DNA of 64,000 bases from Halarcobacter sp. (GCA_963676565.1 OY781089.1:1536001-1600000), one strand, 5' to 3'; shown: positions 19,584 to 28,950, counted from the stretch's first letter. Notes: generated by a model from the sequence alone, not told the origin. Made by a program: numbers and translations.

Positions 19584-21572
19584 TTAATCTAGATAATCAA
19601 ATAGATTAGAAGGAGCCTTTTCTTTGAAAGGAGAAATTAACTTATAGGCTTCTTTTATATACCAATCATAGTTTAGATTTTTAAAATCAAAATCTTTACT
19701 ATCGTTGCAAATACTAACTAGAAAACCTACATTTATACCTATGATTCTTTCTTCAGTATCATTTTTTAAAGGAGGTAAGGTTTTCTTTAATGCTTTACCA
19801 TTTGTTGAAATATAGTATCTTATTGTATTTTGTAAACTTATGTACTCTTTTTTTGTTTTGCTATTTTCTTCTAAAACAAGTTTTATACCTCTTGTAGCTT
19901 TATAATTTAACATAAAATCAAATGGGTCTTTATGATTTAAAATAGTTTCTTCAATAGGAATATTTTTTATCAAAAATGCTTCAACTGCTTTTTGAACCAC
20001 CAAACTTGAATGGTTTTGATGCCATTCAAGGCTATCTTTATAAGCCCCAATTTTTTTAACACCACCATCTTTTTTTAGGGCAATATAATTGTTTACATCT
20101 CTAATCCAAATTTTCTCATAAAAACTTTCTTCTAAAACCATACCTGTAATATCTTCCCACTCTTTTAAGATACTAAAGAAAAGTTCTTTTTCTTTTCTAG
20201 GTACTTTTAAAGTTAGACCATCTGTATTTGCTTGGATTAGAAGAATTGAATCAATCTTAAGTTTTAGCATTTCAGATAGTAAACAAAGCATCAATTGACC
20301 ATTTAAAGTAATAGTTATAGTCATTTTATAATCATAAAATGGGCTAAACTTGTTATTTGTATCTCCATAACCTGCAGAGTTTAATGCAAGTTTTAACATC
20401 TTGTTTTGTGGCATGCTTTTATCATATGAAAATCTTAGTTTTCTAATCTCATCATAAATATCTGCAAACTCCTCTCCTAAGTGTTCTGGATAAAGTCTAT
20501 TTTTTACAACAATACTTGGATAATAACTTGCAACATCAACATCAATGATTTCAAACTCTTCATCACTTTGTAAAAAGCAACTTTCCAAGCTTCCATGTAA
20601 ACCACCCGTTCCAATATCAACTCTAAAATTATCAAAAAATACATGTAAACTTGAGGCTTTGCCATTTTTATTTATGTGAATATAGTCTGCTAATTCTCCT
20701 AAGTTCTCTTTTGGAATATTTGAAAAAACCATTGACATATCATTTGTATATTGCTTTTTTAAATATTCAAGTAAAGCTTGTAATTGAGGTGTTTGAAATT
20801 TTATATAAGAAAATATGATTTGTGAAAAATCAAGATAGTTTCTAATTGTTTGTCTAGGTTTTCCGTCTTTGTAGCAAATATCCTTTCCAAGTTTATCTTC
20901 AAGGTTTCTAATAAAGTATCTTTTACCTATTTTTGTATCACTATAGTTCATCATATTTTCATTAAATTCTAAACTTAGCTTTTCTCTAAAACCTATGGCA
21001 TCCTTTGAATGATTAAAAAATTTAGTAGTTGCTTTTACATCGTGGATATTGTAAGCTATAAGAGTATCAAAATCTTTGCTTTGAAGTTTAGTTCCAGGTG
21101 GAAAGGGCAAGTCTTCAATATTTTCCATTCGCATGTTTATCTCTAACATTTTTAAACTAACCATAGTAGCTCTATAATCAAAATTATGAACTTTCATTAG
21201 ATCTACTTGATTTAGGATTATACTTTTTTTATCTTCTATGTAGTTTTTATTTTCTTTGATTAATTTGTTCGCATAATTATAAATCTCATAAGTGATTTTT
21301 TCTTCAGCATTTTTTTCTTTCTCTAGATTTTGAAAATTTGAGCTATAAATAAATTGTAAAATAGGGTAGTCAAAATTTAAATTGTTATAACCAACTAAGG
21401 CTTTATCATTTTTATTTAGCCAAAGAAGAGTTTGCAATAGTTTATTTAAATCATTTTTCCTTGAACTTATTTCAAATACTCTTGTTTCACCACTTTGAAT
21501 ATTTTGAATAACACAGGTGAAAATATTTGGATAAGTTTCTAAATCATATGAATAATATCTATTTTCAATCAA
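19584..21572 (-). CDS. Family B DNA polymerase with 3'-5' exonuclease, phage-like
   Basis: ExoI YDLETYPN, ExoII GYNNLNFDY, ExoIII YNIHDV; GTGGLHG; motif A DVDVASYYPS, motif B KLALNSAGYG, motif C QANTDG, RDVNNY; TTG start with AAGGA SD. Confidence 0.9.
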   Translation of the reverse strand: MIENRYYSYDLETYPNIFTCVIQNIQSGETRVFEISSRKNDLNKLLQTLLWLNKNDKALVGYNNLNFDYPILQFIYSSNFQNLEKEKNAEEKITYEIYNYANKLIKENKNYIEDKKSIILNQVDLMKVHNFDYRATMVSLKMLEINMRMENIEDLPFPPGTKLQSKDFDTLIAYNIHDVKATTKFFNHSKDAIGFREKLSLEFNENMMNYSDTKIGKRYFIRNLEDKLGKDICYKDGKPRQTIRNYLDFSQIIFSYIKFQTPQLQALLEYLKKQYTNDMSMVFSNIPKENLGELADYIHINKNGKASSLHVFFDNFRVDIGTGGLHGSLESCFLQSDEEFEIIDVDVASYYPSIVVKNRLYPEHLGEEFADIYDEIRKLRFSYDKSMPQNKMLKLALNSAGYGDTNNKFSPFYDYKMTITITLNGQLMLCLLSEMLKLKIDSILLIQANTDGLTLKVPRKEKELFFSILKEWEDITGMVLEESFYEKIWIRDVNNYIALKKDGGVKKIGAYKDSLEWHQNHSSLVVQKAVEAFLIKNIPIEETILNHKDPFDFMLNYKATRGIKLVLEENSKTKKEYISLQNTIRYYISTNGKALKKTLPPLKNDTEERIIGINVGFLVSICNDSKDFDFKNLNYDWYIKEAYKLISPFKEKAPSNLFDYLD

Positions 21573-22467
21573 TCTTTGATTTTCCTTTTTTTCTTTTTAT
21601 ACTACTTATTAACCCTGAAATTATAACAAGAAATAAACCTACAAAATATATTGTTAAAATTGGTTCATCAAAGAATATTATCAGAAAAAATGCTGATAAA
21701 ATAGGTGTTATAAATATAAAAGGTGCTACCTTTGAAGCATCAAAGGTTTTTAAAGCTTTTACCCAAAATAAATATGAAACACCATTTAAAAATGCACCAT
21801 TGATTAAAATACTTATCCAATCTTTAGCAGAAGGTAAAGTAAATTCTGAGAAAGATTGAACACTAATTATTGAGTAGATTATGGCAGAGAAAAAGTAAAT
21901 CATAACTGCATTAGTAGCATTAACTTTTACAATTTTACTTAATACAGAAAATAGTGCAAAAGAAATTGCCCCAAGCATCACGATTAGTAAAACATCAATT
22001 TGCCCAAAGTCTAAACTTGTAAAGTCACCTTTTGTAATTACTAAGCTAACTCCTAAAAAACCTAATACTACTGAGAGTATTTTTTTCTTTGTGAACTCTT
22101 CTTTTAATATAATTAAAGATAAAAAAACAATAAATATAGGCCACATATATTGTATAACCAAAACCTCTAAACCATTTGCATGTTTATATCCAAAGTATAA
22201 AAGTAAGTAGTAAAAGAAATCTAAGAACCCTAAAGCAAATAAAACTAAAACAATTTTTTTTGAGTAATAATATATCTCTTTTAAATTTTTTTCAAACAAA
22301 GATACTATAAGAATTGAAAGAAAAGAGATAATAGATGAATAAAAAAGGTATTGGTGATGATCTAAACCAGTTTGTGCGAATTTTGCAACAGTTGGAATTA
22401 GTGACCAAAGAAGAATACATAAAGCAATATAAATTATACCAATAGTTGATTCACTAAGATTTTTCAT
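21565..22467 (-). CDS. EamA/DMT family transporter
   Basis: About 10 TM helices in two repeats; LLWS, QYMWP, ALFSVL, SYLFW..AL, FITP. Confidence 0.92.
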   Translation of the reverse strand: MKNLSESTIGIIYIALCILLWSLIPTVAKFAQTGLDHHQYLFYSSIISFLSILIVSLFEKNLKEIYYYSKKIVLVLFALGFLDFFYYLLLYFGYKHANGLEVLVIQYMWPIFIVFLSLIILKEEFTKKKILSVVLGFLGVSLVITKGDFTSLDFGQIDVLLIVMLGAISFALFSVLSKIVKVNATNAVMIYFFSAIIYSIISVQSFSEFTLPSAKDWISILINGAFLNGVSYLFWVKALKTFDASKVAPFIFITPILSAFFLIIFFDEPILTIYFVGLFLVIISGLISSIKRKKGKSKID

Positions 22468-22635
22468 TAACGTCCCCTAAAATAAACCGTAAGTGTATCT
22501 ATTCTTTGTTTATGTTTTAAAAATTAATATATAAGTTAAATGAAAAACTATCTAATAATTTTTATTTCTAATTAAAATAAACTTGGATAAATTAAAATTG
22601 AAGGACTAATTTGCTCATTTAAAGGGGAGATAATT

Positions 22636-23124
22636 ATGCTTTCTTTATTATATTTACATCTTATCGCTTCTTTAATAATTTTTTTAAATCTATTAATTTT
22701 TAGTAGAAATGAATCAAATGATTTAGGTACCAAATATTTTTTAATCAATTACATCTATCACAAACATAAAAATCTAAGTTGTTTTATAATCTCTTTTCCC
22801 TTTTTAATTATCTTAATTTATTTTCTTTTAGAAGATGTGATTTTAATTGGAACTTTTTTCATATCAGTTTTATATACATATTTTTTATATGAAATTATTT
22901 CTAAAAAAAATATAGATAAAAGGGAAGCATATATTGCATGGTATAAACAAAATGTACAACATAGTCTTTCTATGCATGCTTATGATGTATTGAAAAAAGA
23001 TTATACATTTTTAAATGAAAGGATAAGTAGAATATTTTTATTTAAATTTGAAATTATCTTTTTTGTTTGTTTAGTGATTGAAAGTGAAGTTGTTTATGAA
23101 GTCTTAACTTTATTTACAAAATAA
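22636..23124 (+). CDS. Hypothetical membrane protein
   Basis: 162 aa with several hydrophobic segments; GGGGAG SD. Confidence 0.65.
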   Translation: MLSLLYLHLIASLIIFLNLLIFSRNESNDLGTKYFLINYIYHKHKNLSCFIISFPFLIILIYFLLEDVILIGTFFISVLYTYFLYEIISKKNIDKREAYIAWYKQNVQHSLSMHAYDVLKKDYTFLNERISRIFLFKFEIIFFVCLVIESEVVYEVLTLFTK

Positions 23125-23196
23125 AATTAGTGAATACTTAATTGTGAAATTTTAAAACTAATTAGTATAATACTTTTTAAATATTAAGGAGTATTA

Positions 23197-23799
23197 ATGG
23201 ATTATGAAAAATATGCAGAGTTTTCACCATGTGATTATGCTGGACCTTTGAAAAGAGAAAGTTTTATGGACGCAGGAATTAAAGAATTATGGCCTAGAAT
23301 TCCAAGAATTAGTGGACCAGCTTTTACTGTAGAAATGGTTGGTGGTGAAAATTTAAGTTTACATAGAGCAATTTATGAAGCTCCTGAGGGTTCAATTATT
23401 GTTGCACAATCAAATACAATGGATTACGCAGTCATAGGTGGAAATGTAGCTTTAATTGCCAAAAAAAGAGGAATTAAAGGTTTTGTTATAGATGGTTTAG
23501 TTCGAGATATTGGTGAGATAAGAGAAAATAAAGTGTCAATATTTGGAAGAGGTGTAATACCAATGCCTGGAGGCAAAAAAAATGCTGTACCAGTAAATAT
23601 CCCTATTATTGCTGGAGGAATTTCTGTAAACCCTGGGGATATTATTGTTGCTGATGAAGAAGGAGTTGCTGTTATTCCAAAAGATAATGCTGAAGAGATT
23701 TATTATCAGACCAAAACAAATGTTGAAAAAGAAAAAGAGCTGAGTTTTGAACAATGGGCAGATAATCATAAAGAAAAAATCGATTCTTTTTATAGTTAA
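23197..23799 (+). CDS. RraA/HMG aldolase family protein
   Basis: GPAFTV, AVIGG, G.VIDG.VRD, V.PGDIIVADEEGV. Confidence 0.9.
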   Translation: MDYEKYAEFSPCDYAGPLKRESFMDAGIKELWPRIPRISGPAFTVEMVGGENLSLHRAIYEAPEGSIIVAQSNTMDYAVIGGNVALIAKKRGIKGFVIDGLVRDIGEIRENKVSIFGRGVIPMPGGKKNAVPVNIPIIAGGISVNPGDIIVADEEGVAVIPKDNAEEIYYQTKTNVEKEKELSFEQWADNHKEKIDSFYS

Positions 23800-23800
23800 C

Positions 23801-23821
23801 TGTCAAGAAAGTGTCAATAAA
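23801..23821 (+). promoter_or_regulatory. 11-bp-period direct repeat (OmpR-type box) upstream of nhaA
   Basis: TGTCAAGAAAG-TGTCAATAAA; TATAAT at 23852-23857. Confidence 0.55.
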
Positions 23822-23902
23822 TAATGTATGATAGTATTTACAAATATAATGTATAATTTGACATTTTAAAATAAAATTTACAATTTTTCTGGGAGATAAA
23901 AA

Positions 23903-25249
23903 ATGAAACTTTATGCACCTTGGGAAAAAGCCTTTAAAAAAGTATCTACACCTTTTGAAGAGTTTTTACATGCCCAAACAACAACAGGACTAATTTTAAT
24001 ATTAATGACCGTTGTAGCTTTAATTTTAGCTAATTCACCTTTATATGAAACATACTCGCATTTTTTTCATATGTATATTGACTTAAATGTTGGTTCGTGG
24101 AAACTATCTCATAGTTTACATCACTGGATAAATGATGGACTTATGGCGATATTCTTCTTTTTAATTGGATTAGAGATAAAAAGAGAGATAACAGCTGGTG
24201 AGTTATCAAATATAAAAGTTGCAATGCTTCCAATTTTAGCTGCAATTGGAGGAATGGTTTTCCCTGCTCTTATTTATACAAGTTTAAATTATGGAACAGC
24301 AGGTGCAGGTGGTTGGGGTATCCCAATGGCTACAGATATTGCCTTTGCAATTAGTGCTTTAGTATTACTTGGTAAAAGAGTTCCAACAGCACTTGTAACT
24401 TTTTTAGTAGCTTTAGCTATCGTAGATGATTTAGGAGCAGTTATTGTTATTGCTTTATTTTATACGGAAACGATTAATTTAATGCCACTTGGATTAGCAG
24501 GTTTAATGTTTTTAGTTATGATTACATTTAATAGATTTGGTATTCACATGATTTTACCATATTTTATTGTTGGATTATTTATGTGGTTCTTTATGCTTGA
24601 ATCAGGAGTTCATGCAACTATTGCCGGAGTTTTAGCCGCATTAGCAATTCCATCAACTCCAAAAAGAGTTCCAGCAACTCTTGCTAAAGATACAAGAAAA
24701 CTTTTAGATGAATATGAAAATTATCCAGTAAAAGATACTCTTGAATTACATGAAAAACAAAAAAAGATTTTAACAAATATTCAAGATAAAATTGATGAGG
24801 TAGGAACACCAGCATCAAGATTAGAACATGGACTTCATTTACCAGTTGCTTTATTAGTTATACCTATTTTTGCCCTTGCAAATGCTGGAATTAAAATCGA
24901 CTTCTCATCAATTGGTGAAACAATTTTAGAGCCTGTTTCATTAGGAATAATTGGTGGTCTTATACTTGGAAAAGTTATAGGGATTTTTGGAGTTTCATGG
25001 CTTGCTGTTAAAATGAAAATTGCACAGCTTCCAAAAGGAAGTAGTTTTAGTCAAGTATTTGGAGTAGCCTTTTTAGGTGGTATTGGATTTACAATGTCGA
25101 TATTTGTTGCTGATTTAGCATTTGTTGGAAATGAAGATTTTATTTTCCAAGCTAAGATTGGAATTTTAAGTGCTTCATTATTTTCAGGGCTATTTGGATA
25201 TTTTTGGTTAAAATCAGTTTCTAAAATTAAGGAAACTAGTGAAAAATAA
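23903..25249 (+). CDS. nhaA: Na+/H+ antiporter NhaA
   Basis: HWINDGLMAIFF..GLEIKRE, GW.IPMATDIAFA, LAIVDD, GIGFTMS. Confidence 0.97.
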   Translation: MKLYAPWEKAFKKVSTPFEEFLHAQTTTGLILILMTVVALILANSPLYETYSHFFHMYIDLNVGSWKLSHSLHHWINDGLMAIFFFLIGLEIKREITAGELSNIKVAMLPILAAIGGMVFPALIYTSLNYGTAGAGGWGIPMATDIAFAISALVLLGKRVPTALVTFLVALAIVDDLGAVIVIALFYTETINLMPLGLAGLMFLVMITFNRFGIHMILPYFIVGLFMWFFMLESGVHATIAGVLAALAIPSTPKRVPATLAKDTRKLLDEYENYPVKDTLELHEKQKKILTNIQDKIDEVGTPASRLEHGLHLPVALLVIPIFALANAGIKIDFSSIGETILEPVSLGIIGGLILGKVIGIFGVSWLAVKMKIAQLPKGSSFSQVFGVAFLGGIGFTMSIFVADLAFVGNEDFIFQAKIGILSASLFSGLFGYFWLKSVSKIKETSEK

Positions 25250-25919
25250 AAATGTCTTACTAATCGAAGATAATATTGAGTTACAAAATCTTATAAGTAC
25301 TTTTTTAAAGTCTTATAATTACGATTGTTTTGTATATTCACAACCTTTGGAAGCATTAGAAGAGTTTAGAAATGAAAGTTCAAAATATGCTATTGTTATT
25401 TTAGATTTAGGTCTTCCTGGAATGGATGGCTTTGATCTATTTAAAAAATTAAAAGAGATAAAAAATATACCAATTATCATCTCAACAGCTAGGGATGATA
25501 TTGGTAATAAAATTCATGGTTTTGAACTTGGAGCTGATGACTATTTATCTAAACCTTACGAACCTAGAGAATTAGTTCTTAGAATTGATGCAACTTTAAA
25601 AAGATATACAGATGATGATAAAATAAAAATCAATGAGTTATTTATTGATTTAGATAAAAAAACAGTTTTTTTAGATGAACATCAAATTGAGTTTACAAAA
25701 ATAGAATCTGAAATATTTTTTATGTTTTTAAATAATATCAATAAAGTTGTATCAAGGGAAGATATTTTAAATCAAACCAGTCTAAAAAAAGATACAAAAA
25801 ATAGAACAATAGATATGCATGTGAGTAATATTAGATTTAAAATAAATGATGACTCAAAGGATGCAAAATATATAAAATCAGTTTGGGGAATTGGGTATAA
25901 ATTTATAAATGACAATTAG
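25239..25919 (+). CDS. OmpR-family response regulator
   Basis: LIEDN, LDLGLPGMDG, GADDYLSKP, RTIDMH.SNIR, VWGIGY. Confidence 0.95.
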   Translation: MKNKNVLLIEDNIELQNLISTFLKSYNYDCFVYSQPLEALEEFRNESSKYAIVILDLGLPGMDGFDLFKKLKEIKNIPIIISTARDDIGNKIHGFELGADDYLSKPYEPRELVLRIDATLKRYTDDDKIKINELFIDLDKKTVFLDEHQIEFTKIESEIFFMFLNNINKVVSREDILNQTSLKKDTKNRTIDMHVSNIRFKINDDSKDAKYIKSVWGIGYKFINDN

Positions 25920-27291
25920 ACAAAAACTTATTATCTCTTTTTCTTTAATCTTACTTATTACAATATTTATTATTGGCGTATTTTTTTATTCAATTTACAA
26001 TTTAAACGAAGTTCATATGGCTCAAAAACATAGATACGATCAAATTAGACGGGTAGAGCGTTTGAAAGAGTATAATCACTCTTTTTCATGGATTGTTCTT
26101 GATATTGTTACAGATTATGAAAAAATAAATATTGTAAAAAAAAGACTTAATAAGGCAAATGAACTTTTTGAAAGTTTGTTGTTGAAAAAAGAGATAACAA
26201 TTGAGAATTCAGAGTCTATATCGGAAAAAGAAAATTTAAAGTTATTGTTTTTACATTTTGAAAATTTATATAAATCAATAAGAGACGAACTTCATGCAAT
26301 TGTTTTAACCACAAAAGATAAAGAGGATTTAAAAAACTTTAGTGATAAGTTTGATGTTTTAAGTACCAAAGCAGAAAAACTTTTAATTGATGAAATTAGT
26401 TATTTACAAAATGAATTAGATAAAACAGAAATACAAAGAAATGAATTTATAAATACAATTAAAATAGAAGTTGTAGCTTTATTATGTATAGCTTTTTTAT
26501 TCTCTTTTCTAATCTCAACAAAAATTATGAATGAGATTAAAGTGATGCTTAATAAATTGAATAATGGGGTTCTTCAGCTTTTTAGGGATGATGAAAACTC
26601 TATTAAAATTGATATTGGGAAAAATAATGAACTAAGTGAAATTACAGATAACCTAAATTCGTACCTTGAAAAACAAGATGATATTATTCACTCTAGAGAA
26701 GAGCTTTTAAGAAATATTAGTCATGAATTAAAAACTCCAATAACAAAGGGTAAATTTTTATTAGAAAATTTTAAAAATAAACTTGATAAAGATGAATTAA
26801 CTGATGTAAATAGTGTCTTTGTTGATATTGAGGAGCTTACAAGTAAACTTCTTCAAAGGGAAAAACTCAACTTTGTTACATTAAATCTTGAAGAGTTTAA
26901 AGTAACAAGTTTAATTCTAGAATCTTTATCAAAACTCTCAATTGATGATGAATCTAAAATCTTTTTGGATGTGGAAAATGATTTTAAAATAAAAGGTGAT
27001 AAATACTACTTAACAATAGTTTTAAAGAATTTAATTGATAATGCAATGAAATATGCAACTAGTTATCCTATTAAAATTGAAACTTCAAGTAATAAAATTG
27101 TTGTGGAAAATATTGGTAAAAAGTTAGCTAATGACTTGATTTATTATACTAAACCTTTTACAAGAGACCCAAATCAACAAATTGGTCATGGACTTGGTTT
27201 AAATATTGTAAATAAAATTATAAAAATGCATGATTTTAAATTAGAATATACACATAAAAACTTTTCAAATATTTTTTCAATTCACTTTTAA
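25909..27291 (+). CDS. Sensor histidine kinase (ArsS/RacS-like)
   Basis: Two TMs around a helical periplasmic domain; ISHELKTPIT, NLIDNAMKY, GHGLGL. Confidence 0.92.
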   Translation: MTIRQKLIISFSLILLITIFIIGVFFYSIYNLNEVHMAQKHRYDQIRRVERLKEYNHSFSWIVLDIVTDYEKINIVKKRLNKANELFESLLLKKEITIENSESISEKENLKLLFLHFENLYKSIRDELHAIVLTTKDKEDLKNFSDKFDVLSTKAEKLLIDEISYLQNELDKTEIQRNEFINTIKIEVVALLCIAFLFSFLISTKIMNEIKVMLNKLNNGVLQLFRDDENSIKIDIGKNNELSEITDNLNSYLEKQDDIIHSREELLRNISHELKTPITKGKFLLENFKNKLDKDELTDVNSVFVDIEELTSKLLQREKLNFVTLNLEEFKVTSLILESLSKLSIDDESKIFLDVENDFKIKGDKYYLTIVLKNLIDNAMKYATSYPIKIETSSNKIVVENIGKKLANDLIYYTKPFTRDPNQQIGHGLGLNIVNKIIKMHDFKLEYTHKNFSNIFSIHF

Positions 27292-27295
27292 ATTT

Positions 27296-27314
27296 TGTCA
27301 ATAAAATGTAAAGA
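27296..27314 (+). promoter_or_regulatory. Second copy of the OmpR-type direct repeat
   Basis: TGTCAATAAAA-TGTAAAGA; TATAAT at 27347-27352. Confidence 0.5.
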
Positions 27315-27380
27315 GTTATTACATTTTGAAATTGACATAAAACTTATATAATTATTTAAACAATTATAAAAGGATAAATT

Positions 27381-27458
27381 ATGGAAATGGTAAGAAATTT
27401 AATTTTATTTGTTGTAATCTCTTTTGCAGCAATCGGATTTATTAGTACAAGTTTTTAG
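27381..27458 (+). CDS. 25-aa single-TM small protein (absent from the ORF track)
   Basis: AAGGA SD 6 nt before ATG; MEMVRNLILFVVISFAAIGFISTSF*; has its own -10. Confidence 0.7.
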   Translation: MEMVRNLILFVVISFAAIGFISTSF

Positions 27459-27480
27459 ACTCTTTTATAGAGGAAAAAGT

Positions 27481-28950
27481 TTATATCTTTTTCCCTCTTA
27501 AATTTATCATATTCTCATTTAGTTCATTAGTTTTCATTCTGTAAGTCCAGTTCCCTTTTGCAACACCTGGTATATTCATTCTATAATTTTCATCAAGTAA
27601 CAAAATATCTTGAATTGATATAACAGAAATTTTTGATTTTGTTTCTATTAAAGTTTCAATTAGGGCATTTTCAAACTCATCCATAGAGTTTATATTTAAA
27701 GCTGATAATATTCTATTTATTTCCTCTTTATCATCTCTATGTAAAAGCTCATTTTTCCAACCAATCAAAGTATTATTATCATGGGTTCCAATATATGAAA
27801 TAGAGTTTTCTTCACAGTTTTCAGGTAAATAAGGATTGTCTTCATTTCCATCATAGGCAAAGGCTAAGATTTTCATTCCAGGTAGTTTATACTTTTCTCT
27901 TAAGGCATTTACTTCTGGCGTTATTTCCCCTAAGTCTTCCGCTATAATTGGCAGGTTTTCTCCTAATTCCTCTTTTAGTCTTTGAAATAGTTCATCCCCA
28001 TAACATTTTTCCCACCAGCCATTTATTGCTGTTTCATCTTCTCTAGGAATTACCCAAAAACTTTCAAGTCCTCTAAAGTGGTCAATTCTAACTAAGTCAA
28101 AAAGTTCTAAACTATATTTTACCCTTTGTGTCCACCAAGAGAGAACATTTTCTTTGTTGTTCTCCCAATCATAAACAGGATTACCCCATGATTGTCCATC
28201 TTCACTAAAATAATCAGGTGGAACACCAGCTTTTAGTTTTGGCTGCATATCTGTATCTAATAGAAAAATCTCTTGGTCTCCCCAAACATCAGAACTATTT
28301 TTTGATACATAAATAGGAAGATCACCAAATATTTTTACACCTTTGCTATTTGCGTAGTTTTTTAGTTTCATATATTGTTTGAAAAATACATATTGGGTAA
28401 ACTTATGATAGTTTAATTCATTTTTTTCTTCTATGATATCTTGTATTATAGGATTAGTAAGCTCTTTTTTTGCAATATCTATTGGCCAGTTGTAAAAAAG
28501 TTTTTCATCAAGTTTTTCTTGTAGTGTTAAAAATAAAGCATAGTCATCTAGCCAAAATCTATTTTGTTCTGTAAAGTTTTGAAAATCTTCATCTAAATTT
28601 GTTTTTGAAAATATTTTTCTTAAAAGTGTTTTTTTATACCCTAAGGTCTCTTCGCTTTCAAAACTATCATCTTCTTTTCTTTTTAGATTATCTAGTTCCT
28701 CTTTTGAAATAAATTTATTTTCAAGGAACTCTTCAAAATCGATAAATGATAAGTTTCCTGCAAAGGAGCAAACTGATGAGTAGGGTGAATGATCATTTTC
28801 AGTTGGATTAATTGGCAAAATTTGCCATATAGTAATATCGTTTTTTGAAAGAATATCAATAAATTGATAACTTTCACGTCCTAATGTTCCGATAACATAA
28901 TCATTTGGTAATGATGAGATGTGTGCTAAAATTCCAATTTCTTTTTTCAT
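27481..28950 (-). CDS. malQ: 4-alpha-glucanotransferase (amylomaltase, GH77)
   Basis: H.SSLP, WQILP, SPYS, GDLPIYV, AGVPPDYFS.DGQ.WGNP, RIDHFRG, IAEDLG, GTHDN. Confidence 0.96.
   Translation of the reverse strand: MKKEIGILAHISSLPNDYVIGTLGRESYQFIDILSKNDITIWQILPINPTENDHSPYSSVCSFAGNLSFIDFEEFLENKFISKEELDNLKRKEDDSFESEETLGYKKTLLRKIFSKTNLDEDFQNFTEQNRFWLDDYALFLTLQEKLDEKLFYNWPIDIAKKELTNPIIQDIIEEKNELNYHKFTQYVFFKQYMKLKNYANSKGVKIFGDLPIYVSKNSSDVWGDQEIFLLDTDMQPKLKAGVPPDYFSEDGQSWGNPVYDWENNKENVLSWWTQRVKYSLELFDLVRIDHFRGLESFWVIPREDETAINGWWEKCYGDELFQRLKEELGENLPIIAEDLGEITPEVNALREKYKLPGMKILAFAYDGNEDNPYLPENCEENSISYIGTHDNNTLIGWKNELLHRDDKEEINRILSALNINSMDEFENALIETLIETKSKISVISIQDILLLDENYRMNIPGVAKGNWTYRMKTNELNENMINLRGKKI

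Noticed and set aside
19584..21572. Prophage, pipolin or casposon
   Set aside because: No integrase, Cas1, structural genes, tRNA target or terminal repeats are visible.
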